A stretch of 64,000 bases of DNA from an uncultured bacterium (GTDB lineage: Bacteria; Krumholzibacteriota; Krumholzibacteriia; WVZY01; JAKEHA01). Below the pieces are notes generated by a model. The model did no database searches. It was not told where the DNA came from and saw only the letters and a list, made by a program, of their open reading frames with translations. Shown here piece after piece: positions 34,696 through 44,228 of the stretch; position 1 is the first letter of the stretch; each line of letters starts with the position of its first letter. Both the position numbers and the translations under genes were made by a program. The stretch is from contig CAZPQK010000006.1 of the NCBI GenBank assembly GCA_964588695.1, forward strand, positions 196,239 through 260,238, in the 5' to 3' direction.

Positions 34696-35061
34696 CTAGC
34701 CTGAGAATAACATGCGCAGGCCGGTTAATACCACGACGCTTCCCAGAATGATCTGTACGTTGCGGGGTGCTTTGTCGTCCTGTGAGTCGCTGGTCGCCAC
34801 CGTCACGCCGCCAGCAGCGAGGATGATAGCGCCAGTCAGGTAGCGTCCCAGGGACGATTCGCTTTGCTCGCTGGTTCCGGACTCTGGCCGAGCGAGCGGT
34901 TGCGCGGTAGCGCCAGCCGCGCCGGCAATCAACGTGGGTACCGTCGGGGGAACGTGGGCGACGGCGGCGTCGCGCAGCAGGAAAGCCTCGCCCGCTGTCG
35001 CAGTACCGGTTGCCGCGATGAGCAAGGTCGTTGCTACCAACGCTAGTAGTAGTATCTTCAT
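34696..35061 (-). CDS. Small secreted/membrane protein, hypothetical
   Basis: Signal peptide MKILLLALVATTLLIAATGTATA and a C-terminal hydrophobic segment. Confidence 0.45.
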   Translation of the reverse strand: MKILLLALVATTLLIAATGTATAGEAFLLRDAAVAHVPPTVPTLIAGAAGATAQPLARPESGTSEQSESSLGRYLTGAIILAAGGVTVATSDSQDDKAPRNVQIILGSVVVLTGLRMLFSG

Positions 35062-35157
35062 TAATATGTCCGCAGAAAGATGATTGAAAAGACCTGACGT
35101 CAGCGCAGTATAGCGGCCACTTGTAAAGAGGGTATTAAGACCGAGGCGTTGGGCGGG

Positions 35158-37011
35158 TTAGTCCGGGAGTCTCACCAGTAGATCACCGGTGAGGAAAGTC
35201 AATTCCACGCCGTTTTGGGTTCGGGTCCCATTGATGTGATGAAGGTAAATGCTGACGCCGCTGTTTGCGTTCGCAGGTTCGAGTTGCATCTCCGTTGGTG
35301 CCAGTTCATGTTGACGGCTTCCAGCGTCGCTGTCGAGGCGGCGCACTAACGGCGCCACCGGGAACTGGGTGGTACTGCCGTCGGTATTGGTGACCTCTAT
35401 TTCGCCCGCGTCTGGGTTCATACGAACGGTGACGCCTTCAACGGTGGTCTCTTTCTGATCGGCGCTGAGCTCGAACCGATAGAACAGGTCGAAACTGCTT
35501 ACGTCATACGAATGTCCGTGAGGCAGCGACGTAAACGTGAAATGGCTGCCCGGGCTGGTGGCGACACCAGGCTCGCCAACGTTCAGCCAGCTAGCAATTA
35601 AGTCGACCCGTTGTCGACTCTTACGGTAGTTCGCAGTCTCTTGCGAAGTGCCAATGGTATCGATCTCGGCAAGGTTGCCCCTGAACCACGGCTCGATAGA
35701 CCCAGTGCCGTGATTGTTGATGAGGTAACGAAGCACTTCGCGAATCTCGCGCTTGGCGTCGTCGTCGAGGGTTGCCGGGGCCGCCAACGGGTGTGCGACG
35801 CCGTCCGATAGCATGCCGTTGTCCTGCAGGTAGCCAGCGAGCCGGTTGGTTTGAGACCGTTGCGATGTGGCGTATGCGCCCCAGGGACCAAACGACGTTG
35901 CCAGGGCGACAATGCACAACGTCATCGGTATCACTTTGATGTTCTTGTTGCGGCTGAACGTAAAGTAAAGCGCAATCGCTCCCAGCCAAACCGTTAACAC
36001 ACTCAAAAAGTAGCGCGGCTCGGTGATGGCGTACTGCGTGATTCGTTTTCCTACCGCCATACCCAACATGATAATGGCGGGAAAAATTCCAACGTAGAAC
36101 CAGCGAGAGAAGGTCGCAATCCATGACTCGGTGTCGCGAATCGGGTGCACGAGTAGCAGCGACAGGATTCCTGCAGTTGCAACCCAAGATACCAACGGGC
36201 CAATCAGTCCACTTGGCCATTCGCGACTAATCACGACTTTGCCCAAGTAAACGGTGAGAATGATCAGGTACACGATCACAATCGGTACCAGAATGTACTG
36301 GCTGAACACCTTTAACGGATGAGGGTAGTCGGTAGATTTTTCGAGCGCGTCGTAGTCGTTGGGAATACCACCCAGAAAAAACCAGGTGTTGTAAACGAAA
36401 GCAATGATGAAGAAGAGTCGAGGGTACGCCATATCCGACACGTCGATACCCAGCAGTTGGTCGATTGCAAAAAGGGCACCGGCAAGTCCTGCAAACAACA
36501 CCGCAGAATGAATCACCGAAGTTAATAGCCGCAGAAAGAGCGTCTTGTTGAACTGCCAGAATCCGTTGGTGGCCGAAGTATTGACATAGGGCAGAAACGC
36601 AACCGCGAGGTGAGCCGCAAGGTTAAACTGCACCAGGCGAATCCCGGTGGAAGGCGCTAGCCATGGTGGTAATGAAAAATAGTATCCGGTAAGGACGCCG
36701 ATCATTGCGACCTGGCTGCCGATAACCAGCGCCCGCGACCATCGTAATCGCTCGCCAGCCACCGCCAGCGCAATTAGCGCTGGAATCCCAAGTTGGCTGG
36801 CAATGACGCCGTTGATGACTTCGACGTTGGGGTCGTGCTGCGCGGCGCACACGGCAAGGGTCGCTGCGGTAACGGCGGTGGCAATAACGAATGGAAATCG
36901 CGCCGCCGCGGTTCTGGCCTGCTCGAAGGCCCGCGATAGAGAAGGCAATCGCATAGGGCTAGCGTGGCACGAACCCAGGACGTTCGCAACACCAAAGAAG
37001 TGGGGCGCCAT
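35158..37011 (-). CDS. Large polytopic membrane protein with C-terminal extracytoplasmic domain (DUF4153-like), hypothetical
   Basis: More than 10 predicted TM helices, followed by a soluble region of about 200 aa. Confidence 0.55.
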   Translation of the reverse strand: MAPHFFGVANVLGSCHASPMRLPSLSRAFEQARTAAARFPFVIATAVTAATLAVCAAQHDPNVEVINGVIASQLGIPALIALAVAGERLRWSRALVIGSQVAMIGVLTGYYFSLPPWLAPSTGIRLVQFNLAAHLAVAFLPYVNTSATNGFWQFNKTLFLRLLTSVIHSAVLFAGLAGALFAIDQLLGIDVSDMAYPRLFFIIAFVYNTWFFLGGIPNDYDALEKSTDYPHPLKVFSQYILVPIVIVYLIILTVYLGKVVISREWPSGLIGPLVSWVATAGILSLLLVHPIRDTESWIATFSRWFYVGIFPAIIMLGMAVGKRITQYAITEPRYFLSVLTVWLGAIALYFTFSRNKNIKVIPMTLCIVALATSFGPWGAYATSQRSQTNRLAGYLQDNGMLSDGVAHPLAAPATLDDDAKREIREVLRYLINNHGTGSIEPWFRGNLAEIDTIGTSQETANYRKSRQRVDLIASWLNVGEPGVATSPGSHFTFTSLPHGHSYDVSSFDLFYRFELSADQKETTVEGVTVRMNPDAGEIEVTNTDGSTTQFPVAPLVRRLDSDAGSRQHELAPTEMQLEPANANSGVSIYLHHINGTRTQNGVELTFLTGDLLVRLPD

Positions 37012-37066
37012 CGCTTGATGACGCCCCGCTTTTTGCCGTTAGGGTTTCGATACCCTCGAACCGGGG

Positions 37067-37378
37067 GTTATTTCAGCAGTACCATTTTGCGCGTGCGCAC
37101 AAAGTCGCCGGCGACAAGTCGGTAAAAGTACACTCCGCTGGACACCTGGGTGCCGGCGTTGTTGGTACCGTCCCACGTAATCGGCGCGACTTGTGCGGGA
37201 GTTTGCACCTGGTCAACTAACGTCCGCACCAGTTGTCCGCTTACGTTGTAAACCTTCAGTTGCACGTGCGCGCGATTTGCGAGCGAGTAACTGATAGTCG
37301 TCGTCGGGTTGAACGGGTTCGGATAGTTCTGTGTCAGTTCGTTGACCCGAGGTGCGCTCGGCGGCGTCGACACCGGGA
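37067..37378. repeat. 312-bp perfect direct repeat, copy 1 (3' end of T9SS cargo gene A)
   Basis: Identical base-for-base to 40198..40509. Identity breaks sharply at both ends. Confidence 0.9.
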
Positions 37379-40130
37379 CAATGTGCGCAAGGTACATCAT
37401 GACATCGCCTAAGTGGTCAATGTAGTCGGGGATAGGCGCTGGATGGTCGTCGTAAATCGCGCTGGCGGCAAACCCTCCCAATACCACACGAGCCTGGTAC
37501 CCGTTGGGATTGAGCGTCTCTTGGACAGCTACTGCTCCTCCGCCTCCGACGTAACTAGCGACCATCGTCATACTGCCCGGATCGGTGATCACATCAAATC
37601 CACCTTCTCCAGTCCAGGCGTTGGATAAGGTCAGGCAAGCCCCATCGACGTTCATAGAATCGCCATGAAACAACGATCCCGGTGCGCCAAGAATGAGAGG
37701 ATTCAGCGCGATGCCTTCCGCCGTGTGACTTCCCGACGTTCCTCCAAAATCGATGTATTTGTTTTTGAGTTGGCTGGCGCTAATCGACCCAAGAATTTCG
37801 AGGCCGCTGGGAAGCTCATTGCCTAGAAGGTAAAGTCCAACGTTTCCGGTTGCGTTTTCCAGAAAGCTGAACAATATGCCGGTGTCGTCGGTGTCTTCCG
37901 GGTTGCCATCACCGTCGCCCATAATGCGCGCCTGATTTCCAGTACTCCAGACAATACAGTCGTAAGCGGAATTAAGTTGGTTTGCGACGTTTACGACAGT
38001 TCCGCCCAATCGATTGTTGTTGTAGTTGTCTGACCCGCGAACGTCATAGCGATCCACAGTCGGAGAAAGCGCGATGTGGTCAAAGGCGGCGTCGATAACA
38101 GCCTGCTCGCCAAAGGTGTGAGCGCCGTCTACATAGAGCACGTTCGCAGTTCCAGTCGGTAAACAAGTGAACTCGTCCGCGCCCGCCGCGGCCGTGGCAA
38201 AGTCGTCGGTGACACCCGACTCCAAACCCCAATAAGTCACTTCGCCGATCGAGTTGGTTGCGCCAAAGAAAAACTTAACCGTGTCGCCCGGTGTAAACAA
38301 ATTGTCGTTGAGGTCTGCGCAGAACGTTCGGTCCTGGGGGTTGCCCACAATGTTGAATGATGTGTCCATTTGGATCACCGCCCAATCGATACCGCCCGCC
38401 GAGCCCGTACCTTGATACGGCCATCGCGGACCGCCGGACAACGCCGCGCCCGACTTGCCGGCTTGACCCTGCGGACACACCGCCGCGTAAAGAAAAACTG
38501 CGGCCGCCCCGCTTCCGGTAGTTCCCAATCCGTGTTCGGTGTCGAAAACTTCGACGACGACAGAGTCGCCGAACAGAATAGGGTTAAAGGATTGAGAAAT
38601 GTCGGTTCCCATGTCAGCTCGAACCGTTCCCGTGATGGTGCCGTCGCCAGGAAAGCTGTCCTGAAACAGCCTGGCGTCGTTAATGGTCCACTGGGGCCCG
38701 TTGCCGTCGAAGCGGATGATGCTGACGTTGTCGAACATCGGAGCGTGCGAGTGACACGTGCCGGGTCCGAAGGTTCCGCACCAAACATTACATAAGTCGA
38801 CGACGCCGAGAGCAACTTGCACATCCGTGGCGCCCTGCTCAATCAGGTCTCCAATCGGGAACGATTGGCGAGACCAGTCCTTTTGTGCCCCGTAAAAGAC
38901 AAAGCCGTTGTCTTCCCACTGACCGGGACAGCCGTCTACAATCGAGCGCACGTGCCACACCCAGAACACTACGTTTCCTAGCGGGAGATCACGGTACACG
39001 TCAAACTGTAGCTCCATGGATTCGCCGGATCCGATTAGCGGCACGGCTGGCGACCAGATCTCGTTATTTATAAACAACGGGGTGCCGGAAAGCACACCAG
39101 GGCCCTCGGTGCCGAAGGGCACCACTTCCTGGCCGGGAAAATTGTTGCCACCGCAGTCATATACGTAGCCCGAACCTTCGAAGAACCCCCATATACACGA
39201 GATGTTGCTGGTACAAAAGTCTTCGCTGACCGCCTGCGTGCCGGGGAACAGAGACGCGAATGTGCCGAACGCCTGCCGCGATGAAGCTTCCCAATTGTCT
39301 GCCGACATATCGCCAACCGATTCGTCTTCGAAGTCATCAAACGGAAGCCCGGGCCCGACGGTTGCGGTTACTCCGATGTCGTCGACAATAAACGCACCGT
39401 CTGTTTGCCACAGGCCGTCCTGGTCCGACCAAGCCCCATCACTCGTGAAGCGAAAGCGCAGGTCAACCTGTCCGCCGTGTAGCGAGTCCGGGATTGCGAC
39501 GGTAACAGTGTCCGTTCCGAAAAAGCCCCACGCCGCATCGAAATTAAGTGACGTATTGCCAACGCCGAGGTTGATCCAGTTCTCGGCTGGGTCAGTCGCG
39601 TCATCAACTTCCAAAAACGTAAAGTCGTAGCCGGGCTCGGAGTCGTAGTGAATCGCAAACGAGAGCGTTAACCCAGTGCCAACCGCCGGTGATGAGGTTG
39701 TTAGAAATTGCTGCCACCGGTTGCCATAGCCCGGCAATGTCGCGTAACCGCAAAGAACAGGGTCGGCCGGGTTTGGCGCCAAGCCACACCACATTGCTTG
39801 GTTACCACCGGGTGCAAACAGCAACCCGTTGTAGCCGCCGCCGAGTCCTGCGAAGTCATCCACGTGCGTATAGATGCCTTGGGCGGTTAGGTCTTGAGCG
39901 GTCCAACCCTGGGCATCGCATCCTTCGAAATCCCACGAGGCAACCCATGTGGTGTCGGGGGCAGCACGCATTGTTTTACCAAATGGCGATGGGCCGCTGT
40001 CCAACGATCGCACCAACGGTGTCGATGCTTCGCGCGGCGTTCGGGTTTCTTTGGCGCGCAAGTCGTTAGGTTTTGCCACGAAAACGACAAGGCCAACCAT
40101 TGTGGCGCTAAGTACAAGCTTCTTAGTCAT
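37068..40130 (-). CDS. Large secreted T9SS cargo protein (paralog A) with type-A C-terminal sorting domain
   Basis: Start is trimmed to MTKKLVLSATMVGLVVFVAKP (signal peptide); the upstream extension lies in the repeated CTD DNA of the neighbouring gene. C-terminal QNYPNPFNPTTTISYSL...GVYFYRLVAGDFVRTRKMVLLK. Confidence 0.8.
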   Translation of the reverse strand: MTKKLVLSATMVGLVVFVAKPNDLRAKETRTPREASTPLVRSLDSGPSPFGKTMRAAPDTTWVASWDFEGCDAQGWTAQDLTAQGIYTHVDDFAGLGGGYNGLLFAPGGNQAMWCGLAPNPADPVLCGYATLPGYGNRWQQFLTTSSPAVGTGLTLSFAIHYDSEPGYDFTFLEVDDATDPAENWINLGVGNTSLNFDAAWGFFGTDTVTVAIPDSLHGGQVDLRFRFTSDGAWSDQDGLWQTDGAFIVDDIGVTATVGPGLPFDDFEDESVGDMSADNWEASSRQAFGTFASLFPGTQAVSEDFCTSNISCIWGFFEGSGYVYDCGGNNFPGQEVVPFGTEGPGVLSGTPLFINNEIWSPAVPLIGSGESMELQFDVYRDLPLGNVVFWVWHVRSIVDGCPGQWEDNGFVFYGAQKDWSRQSFPIGDLIEQGATDVQVALGVVDLCNVWCGTFGPGTCHSHAPMFDNVSIIRFDGNGPQWTINDARLFQDSFPGDGTITGTVRADMGTDISQSFNPILFGDSVVVEVFDTEHGLGTTGSGAAAVFLYAAVCPQGQAGKSGAALSGGPRWPYQGTGSAGGIDWAVIQMDTSFNIVGNPQDRTFCADLNDNLFTPGDTVKFFFGATNSIGEVTYWGLESGVTDDFATAAAGADEFTCLPTGTANVLYVDGAHTFGEQAVIDAAFDHIALSPTVDRYDVRGSDNYNNNRLGGTVVNVANQLNSAYDCIVWSTGNQARIMGDGDGNPEDTDDTGILFSFLENATGNVGLYLLGNELPSGLEILGSISASQLKNKYIDFGGTSGSHTAEGIALNPLILGAPGSLFHGDSMNVDGACLTLSNAWTGEGGFDVITDPGSMTMVASYVGGGGAVAVQETLNPNGYQARVVLGGFAASAIYDDHPAPIPDYIDHLGDVMMYLAHIVPVSTPPSAPRVNELTQNYPNPFNPTTTISYSLANRAHVQLKVYNVSGQLVRTLVDQVQTPAQVAPITWDGTNNAGTQVSSGVYFYRLVAGDFVRTRKMVLLK

Positions 40131-40197
40131 GCGAACTCCCGGTAAAAAGTTAGCAATGTGACCGTTGCCGTCGCAACAGCCGCTGATGTTCGAGAAT

Positions 40198-40509
40198 GTT
40201 ATTTCAGCAGTACCATTTTGCGCGTGCGCACAAAGTCGCCGGCGACAAGTCGGTAAAAGTACACTCCGCTGGACACCTGGGTGCCGGCGTTGTTGGTACC
40301 GTCCCACGTAATCGGCGCGACTTGTGCGGGAGTTTGCACCTGGTCAACTAACGTCCGCACCAGTTGTCCGCTTACGTTGTAAACCTTCAGTTGCACGTGC
40401 GCGCGATTTGCGAGCGAGTAACTGATAGTCGTCGTCGGGTTGAACGGGTTCGGATAGTTCTGTGTCAGTTCGTTGACCCGAGGTGCGCTCGGCGGCGTCG
40501 ACACCGGGA
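40198..40509. repeat. 312-bp perfect direct repeat, copy 2 (3' end of T9SS cargo gene B)
   Basis: Identical to 37067..37378. Confidence 0.9.
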
Positions 40510-43270
40510 TCGAATGCGACAGGTAGTCCATCACGTCGCGAACGTGGTCGACGTAGTCTGGTGTCGGAGCGGGTTTGTCGTCGACAATATGGCTAATGGC
40601 AAAGCCACCCAACACAGTTCGGACCGGTTGCCCGTTGGGGTTCAGAGTCTCCTGTGTCAATACAGCGCCGTCCGCACCCTCATAGCGTGCGGCCACGACC
40701 GACGCTCCGGTAGCGTCGAGGACGTCAAAGCCTGCGCCCTCCCCCCAGCCCGCGTAAATGTTCAGACAGCTCCCATCGGCCATCAGGGTATCGGGCATGC
40801 CGCCGTGTTCAAAGATGCGCCCCGGCTCGCCGACGATCGTCGGTGACACGGGGAGACTTGTTTCCAGGTGGCTCCCGTCGGTTAGCGAGAAATTAAAATA
40901 CTTGTTTCTTAGCAATGTCGCCGATGCGCCACCGAGAGCGTCGAACGCTTCCGCAAAGTTGTCGCCGACCAGGTAGATGCCCCCTGGATTTGTTGCGTTC
41001 TCCAAGAACTCGTACAACACCTGCGTGTCATTGGTCTTTTCCGGGTTGCCGGTTCCATCGCCGAATCCGCGGTTGATGGTTCCGGTGCTCCACACGATGC
41101 AGTCGTACACCGAGTTGAGCTGCGCGGCGACATCGGAGATGTGGTAACCCAGGCGGTTATCGTTGTAGCCGTCGGACCCGCGAACGTCAAAGCGGTCGTA
41201 GGCAACGTGCGCAATGCCCGGCTCCAGGAACGGTTGGTCGCCGAAGGTGTGATCGCCGTCTACGTACAGCACCGACGCGTTGCCGGAAGGCAGGCAGGTC
41301 ACTTCGTCCGAGCCAAGCGCCGCGATCATCATGTCATCGGTCGTTCCCGATTCGATCCCCCAATAGGTGCGCTGACCTTCGGTGTTCTCTGCGCCGAAGA
41401 AAAACTTCACTTCGTCACCGGGCGTGAACAGGTTGTCGTTGAGGTCGACACAATACACGTCGGACAGCGCGCCGGTCCGGCTCGCGCTGTTGGTGAAAGC
41501 GGTGTCGACGCGCAGACACGTCCATTCTTCCGAGTCAATGGTCACGGTGCCGACGACCGGAAAGCGGAAGCTGTCTTGCGTCATAGCGCTGCCCGACTTG
41601 GGGGCTTGGGCGGGTTCCACCCGAGCGTACAAGTAAACGGCGGGGCCAAACCCGGTAAATGGGTCGCCCGCAAGCGCGTGCTCTTCGTCGGACACCGCAA
41701 CAACCGCCGAGTCGCCCAGCAGGATATTGGGACTGCTGCCGGACAGGATGTCGGCGCCCATGTCCATGCGGACCACACCGGTGGTTGTACCGTCGTCGGC
41801 GAAGCTATCCTGAAACAGAGTGCGGTCGGTGATTCTCCACTGCGGACCGTTACCGTCGAACCGAATGATGGACACGTTGTCGAACAGCGGACCAAAACTA
41901 TGACATGCACCGGTGCCGTAGATACCGCACCACGCGAAACACATGTCGATCACGCCCAGGCGGACTTGAACTTCGGCTGGCGTTGGAATTAACAAGTCGC
42001 CCACAGGTTGAACGTGACGACGCCACCGTGGGTTGGGGCCGTAGTACACAAAGTTGCGGTCGAGCCAAGGCATCGGGCAGAACCCGTTCCGTCCACGAAC
42101 CGACCAGGTAAAGAAAATGAGGTTGGTGAGTGGTAAGTCTTCGTAGACATCGAAGTGGAGTTCCCAGGACGCGCCGGCACCTGCGACGGTCACCCACGGC
42201 GAAACCAGTTCCTGATCGATGCCCGGTTCGAACGCGGGCGCAAACGGCACCACTTCTTGTGCCGGAAAGTTGTTTCCGCCGCACGTATAAAAGCTTCCCG
42301 AGCCCGCAAAGAATCCCCACATGCAGGAGATATTGCTGACGCAGTCGTCTTGAAACGGAGTCGATAGTGCGGGGAAGAGTGTTGAGAAGTCTCCAAAGCC
42401 AGGGTCGGCGGAGCCTTCCCAATCGTCGGCTACGGTGCTACCGACGGCCTCGCCTTCGAAGTCTTCCAGCGCAAGACCGGCGCCCGCGGCGGCGGTAACT
42501 TCGATGTCGTCGACGATGAATGCGCCGTCGGTGTCCCATAGCCCGTCTTCGTCGGACCATGCCCCGTCGCTAGTAAACTTAAAGTGCAGGTTCACCGCTC
42601 CGCCGTGCACCGAGTCGGGAATCGAAACGCTAATGGTGTCGGTACCCGTTCCTTCCCACGCCATACTCGGATGGGGGGAGATTGGTGTTGTGCCGACACC
42701 AAGGTTGATCCAGTTTTCGGATCCGTCGGTTGCGTCGTCGAACTCCAGGACGGTACGGTCGTACCCGGGTTCCGAGTCCCAGTGGAACGCAAACGACACG
42801 GTAAGCCCGGTGCCGCTGGCCGGGGATGACGTCGACAAATACTGCTCCCACCGATTGCCGTAACCCGGTAATGACGCGTAGCTGCAAATATACAGATCGG
42901 AGGTGTCGGGTCGTGCGCCACACCACATTGCCTGGTTGCCGTTAGGGGCTACCAGCAGACCGTTGATGCCACCGCCGAGGCCGGCGAAATCGTCGATGTG
43001 CGTGAAGATAGCGTAAGGTGCGGAGTTGTCTACCACCGTCCATCCTTGCGCGTCGCATCCTTCAAAGTCCCAAGAACCAATAACGGTGGTGTCAGGCATG
43101 GCCCGCCGCGCGGCCGGCAGCGGCGAGCTGTCCAACGATCGCTTTAGCCACGTTGGGGTTTCCTTTGGCGTGCGGACTTCTTTTGCAAGCGGTGCGTTCG
43201 ATGCACAAACGATCGTAAACACGATAACGGCAAACGCCATCGCAGCTACGGAACTACGACCGGGAATCAT
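40199..43270 (-). CDS. Large secreted T9SS cargo protein (paralog B) with identical C-terminal sorting domain
   Basis: Signal peptide MIPGRSSVAAMAFAVIVFTIVCASNA. Colinear with paralog A (both start WDFEGCDAQGWT...) at roughly 60-70% identity, but the last 103 codons are nucleotide-identical. Confidence 0.8.
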   Translation of the reverse strand: MIPGRSSVAAMAFAVIVFTIVCASNAPLAKEVRTPKETPTWLKRSLDSSPLPAARRAMPDTTVIGSWDFEGCDAQGWTVVDNSAPYAIFTHIDDFAGLGGGINGLLVAPNGNQAMWCGARPDTSDLYICSYASLPGYGNRWEQYLSTSSPASGTGLTVSFAFHWDSEPGYDRTVLEFDDATDGSENWINLGVGTTPISPHPSMAWEGTGTDTISVSIPDSVHGGAVNLHFKFTSDGAWSDEDGLWDTDGAFIVDDIEVTAAAGAGLALEDFEGEAVGSTVADDWEGSADPGFGDFSTLFPALSTPFQDDCVSNISCMWGFFAGSGSFYTCGGNNFPAQEVVPFAPAFEPGIDQELVSPWVTVAGAGASWELHFDVYEDLPLTNLIFFTWSVRGRNGFCPMPWLDRNFVYYGPNPRWRRHVQPVGDLLIPTPAEVQVRLGVIDMCFAWCGIYGTGACHSFGPLFDNVSIIRFDGNGPQWRITDRTLFQDSFADDGTTTGVVRMDMGADILSGSSPNILLGDSAVVAVSDEEHALAGDPFTGFGPAVYLYARVEPAQAPKSGSAMTQDSFRFPVVGTVTIDSEEWTCLRVDTAFTNSASRTGALSDVYCVDLNDNLFTPGDEVKFFFGAENTEGQRTYWGIESGTTDDMMIAALGSDEVTCLPSGNASVLYVDGDHTFGDQPFLEPGIAHVAYDRFDVRGSDGYNDNRLGYHISDVAAQLNSVYDCIVWSTGTINRGFGDGTGNPEKTNDTQVLYEFLENATNPGGIYLVGDNFAEAFDALGGASATLLRNKYFNFSLTDGSHLETSLPVSPTIVGEPGRIFEHGGMPDTLMADGSCLNIYAGWGEGAGFDVLDATGASVVAARYEGADGAVLTQETLNPNGQPVRTVLGGFAISHIVDDKPAPTPDYVDHVRDVMDYLSHSIPVSTPPSAPRVNELTQNYPNPFNPTTTISYSLANRAHVQLKVYNVSGQLVRTLVDQVQTPAQVAPITWDGTNNAGTQVSSGVYFYRLVAGDFVRTRKMVLLK

Positions 43271-43486
43271 GTGTGTCTCCCTTTGACTGGAGTGAGCAGA
43301 ACCAGTTCACGCGCAGGTGAGCAAGGGAAAGGGGGTAACACAAGTGTAGCACAGCAACGCAGGCGGGCAACCCGCTTGTAGACTTCGCAGGCCCATGCCC
43401 GCGCGGACGCCCCGCGGAGAACTTTTGCTTGCGGCCAGGGAGCACTTCATACATACTAGTCGGTAGGTAAACAACCCCAGGAACCG

Positions 43487-44098
43487 ATGGTAACCAAGCG
43501 CAACCCAGATTTGACCCGCGAGAAGCTGCTAACTGCAGCTTTTCAAGAGATTTACGCTCATGGGTATCGGTCTGCCAGCCTCGACGGGATCATTTCTGCT
43601 GCCGGTGTGACCAAGGGCGCGCTGTACCACCATTTTGCCAACACGCAGGCTTTGGGCTATGCGGTGCTCGAAGAAGTAATTCGTCAGCATGTGGTCGACG
43701 AGTGGATTCGTCCGATGGCGACCAGCGACGACCCGGTGGGACGAATCTTTGAACTCATGCAGGGCAAGTGCGAAAACATGTCCACCGATGAGCTGATCAA
43801 CGGTTGTCCGCTGAACAACCTGGCCCAGGAGATGGCCGGTGTGGACGAAGGATTTCGCGAGCGCGTCATGAAACTCTTCGAGTTGTGGCACAGCGGCTTT
43901 GCGGACGCGTTTCGGCGCGGTCAGAAGGCGGGTACGGTTCGCGCCGACGTTAATCCCGACGCGGTTGCGGCCCACATTCTGGCGACGTTCGAAGGCGCGC
44001 TAAGTATGGCGAAGGTGACTCGCAACGTTAGCACCGTCGTACAGCACTGCGAGAGTATGGTTGCCTACCTGGAAAGTATACGCATCGTTAAGAATTAG
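43487..44098 (+). CDS. TetR/AcrR-family transcriptional regulator
   Basis: N-terminal HTH (TREKLLTAAFQEIYAHGYRSASLDGIISAAGVTKGALYHHF). Confidence 0.85.
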   Translation: MVTKRNPDLTREKLLTAAFQEIYAHGYRSASLDGIISAAGVTKGALYHHFANTQALGYAVLEEVIRQHVVDEWIRPMATSDDPVGRIFELMQGKCENMSTDELINGCPLNNLAQEMAGVDEGFRERVMKLFELWHSGFADAFRRGQKAGTVRADVNPDAVAAHILATFEGALSMAKVTRNVSTVVQHCESMVAYLESIRIVKN

Positions 44099-44145
44099 GG
44101 GGACGGTCAGCGCGGACAGGGGTTCGTGTTTGGGCCGCTTTCCTC

Positions 44146-44165
44146 AACATACCAGTTAGTATGTT
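44146..44165. promoter_or_regulatory. Inverted repeat AACATAC-cagtta-GTATGTT between tetR and the MMPL gene (candidate TetR operator)
   Basis: 7-bp perfect dyad in the 130-bp tetR-mmpL intergenic region. Confidence 0.4.
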
Positions 44166-44228
44166 TTTGCTTACAAATAAGTTACCTATCATTCCCCATT
44201 ATTCCTCTAACCCAGCCGGGAGACAGTA

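Noticed and set aside
37068-40307. Long-start version of T9SS cargo gene A (1079 aa) that overlaps gene B
   Set aside because: The first 59 codons are read out-of-frame from the duplicated CTD DNA and lack a signal peptide. The internal ATG at 40130 gives a canonical signal peptide, so the start was trimmed.
41141-41992. 283-aa plus-strand ORF, and many other long opposite-strand ORFs inside the T9SS cargo genes, the histidine kinase (15482..16165) and the DUF5916 gene (11345..12112)
   Set aside because: Typical high-GC antisense frames: Arg/Ala/Gly-rich, no RBS, wholly embedded in genes with strong motif support on the other strand.
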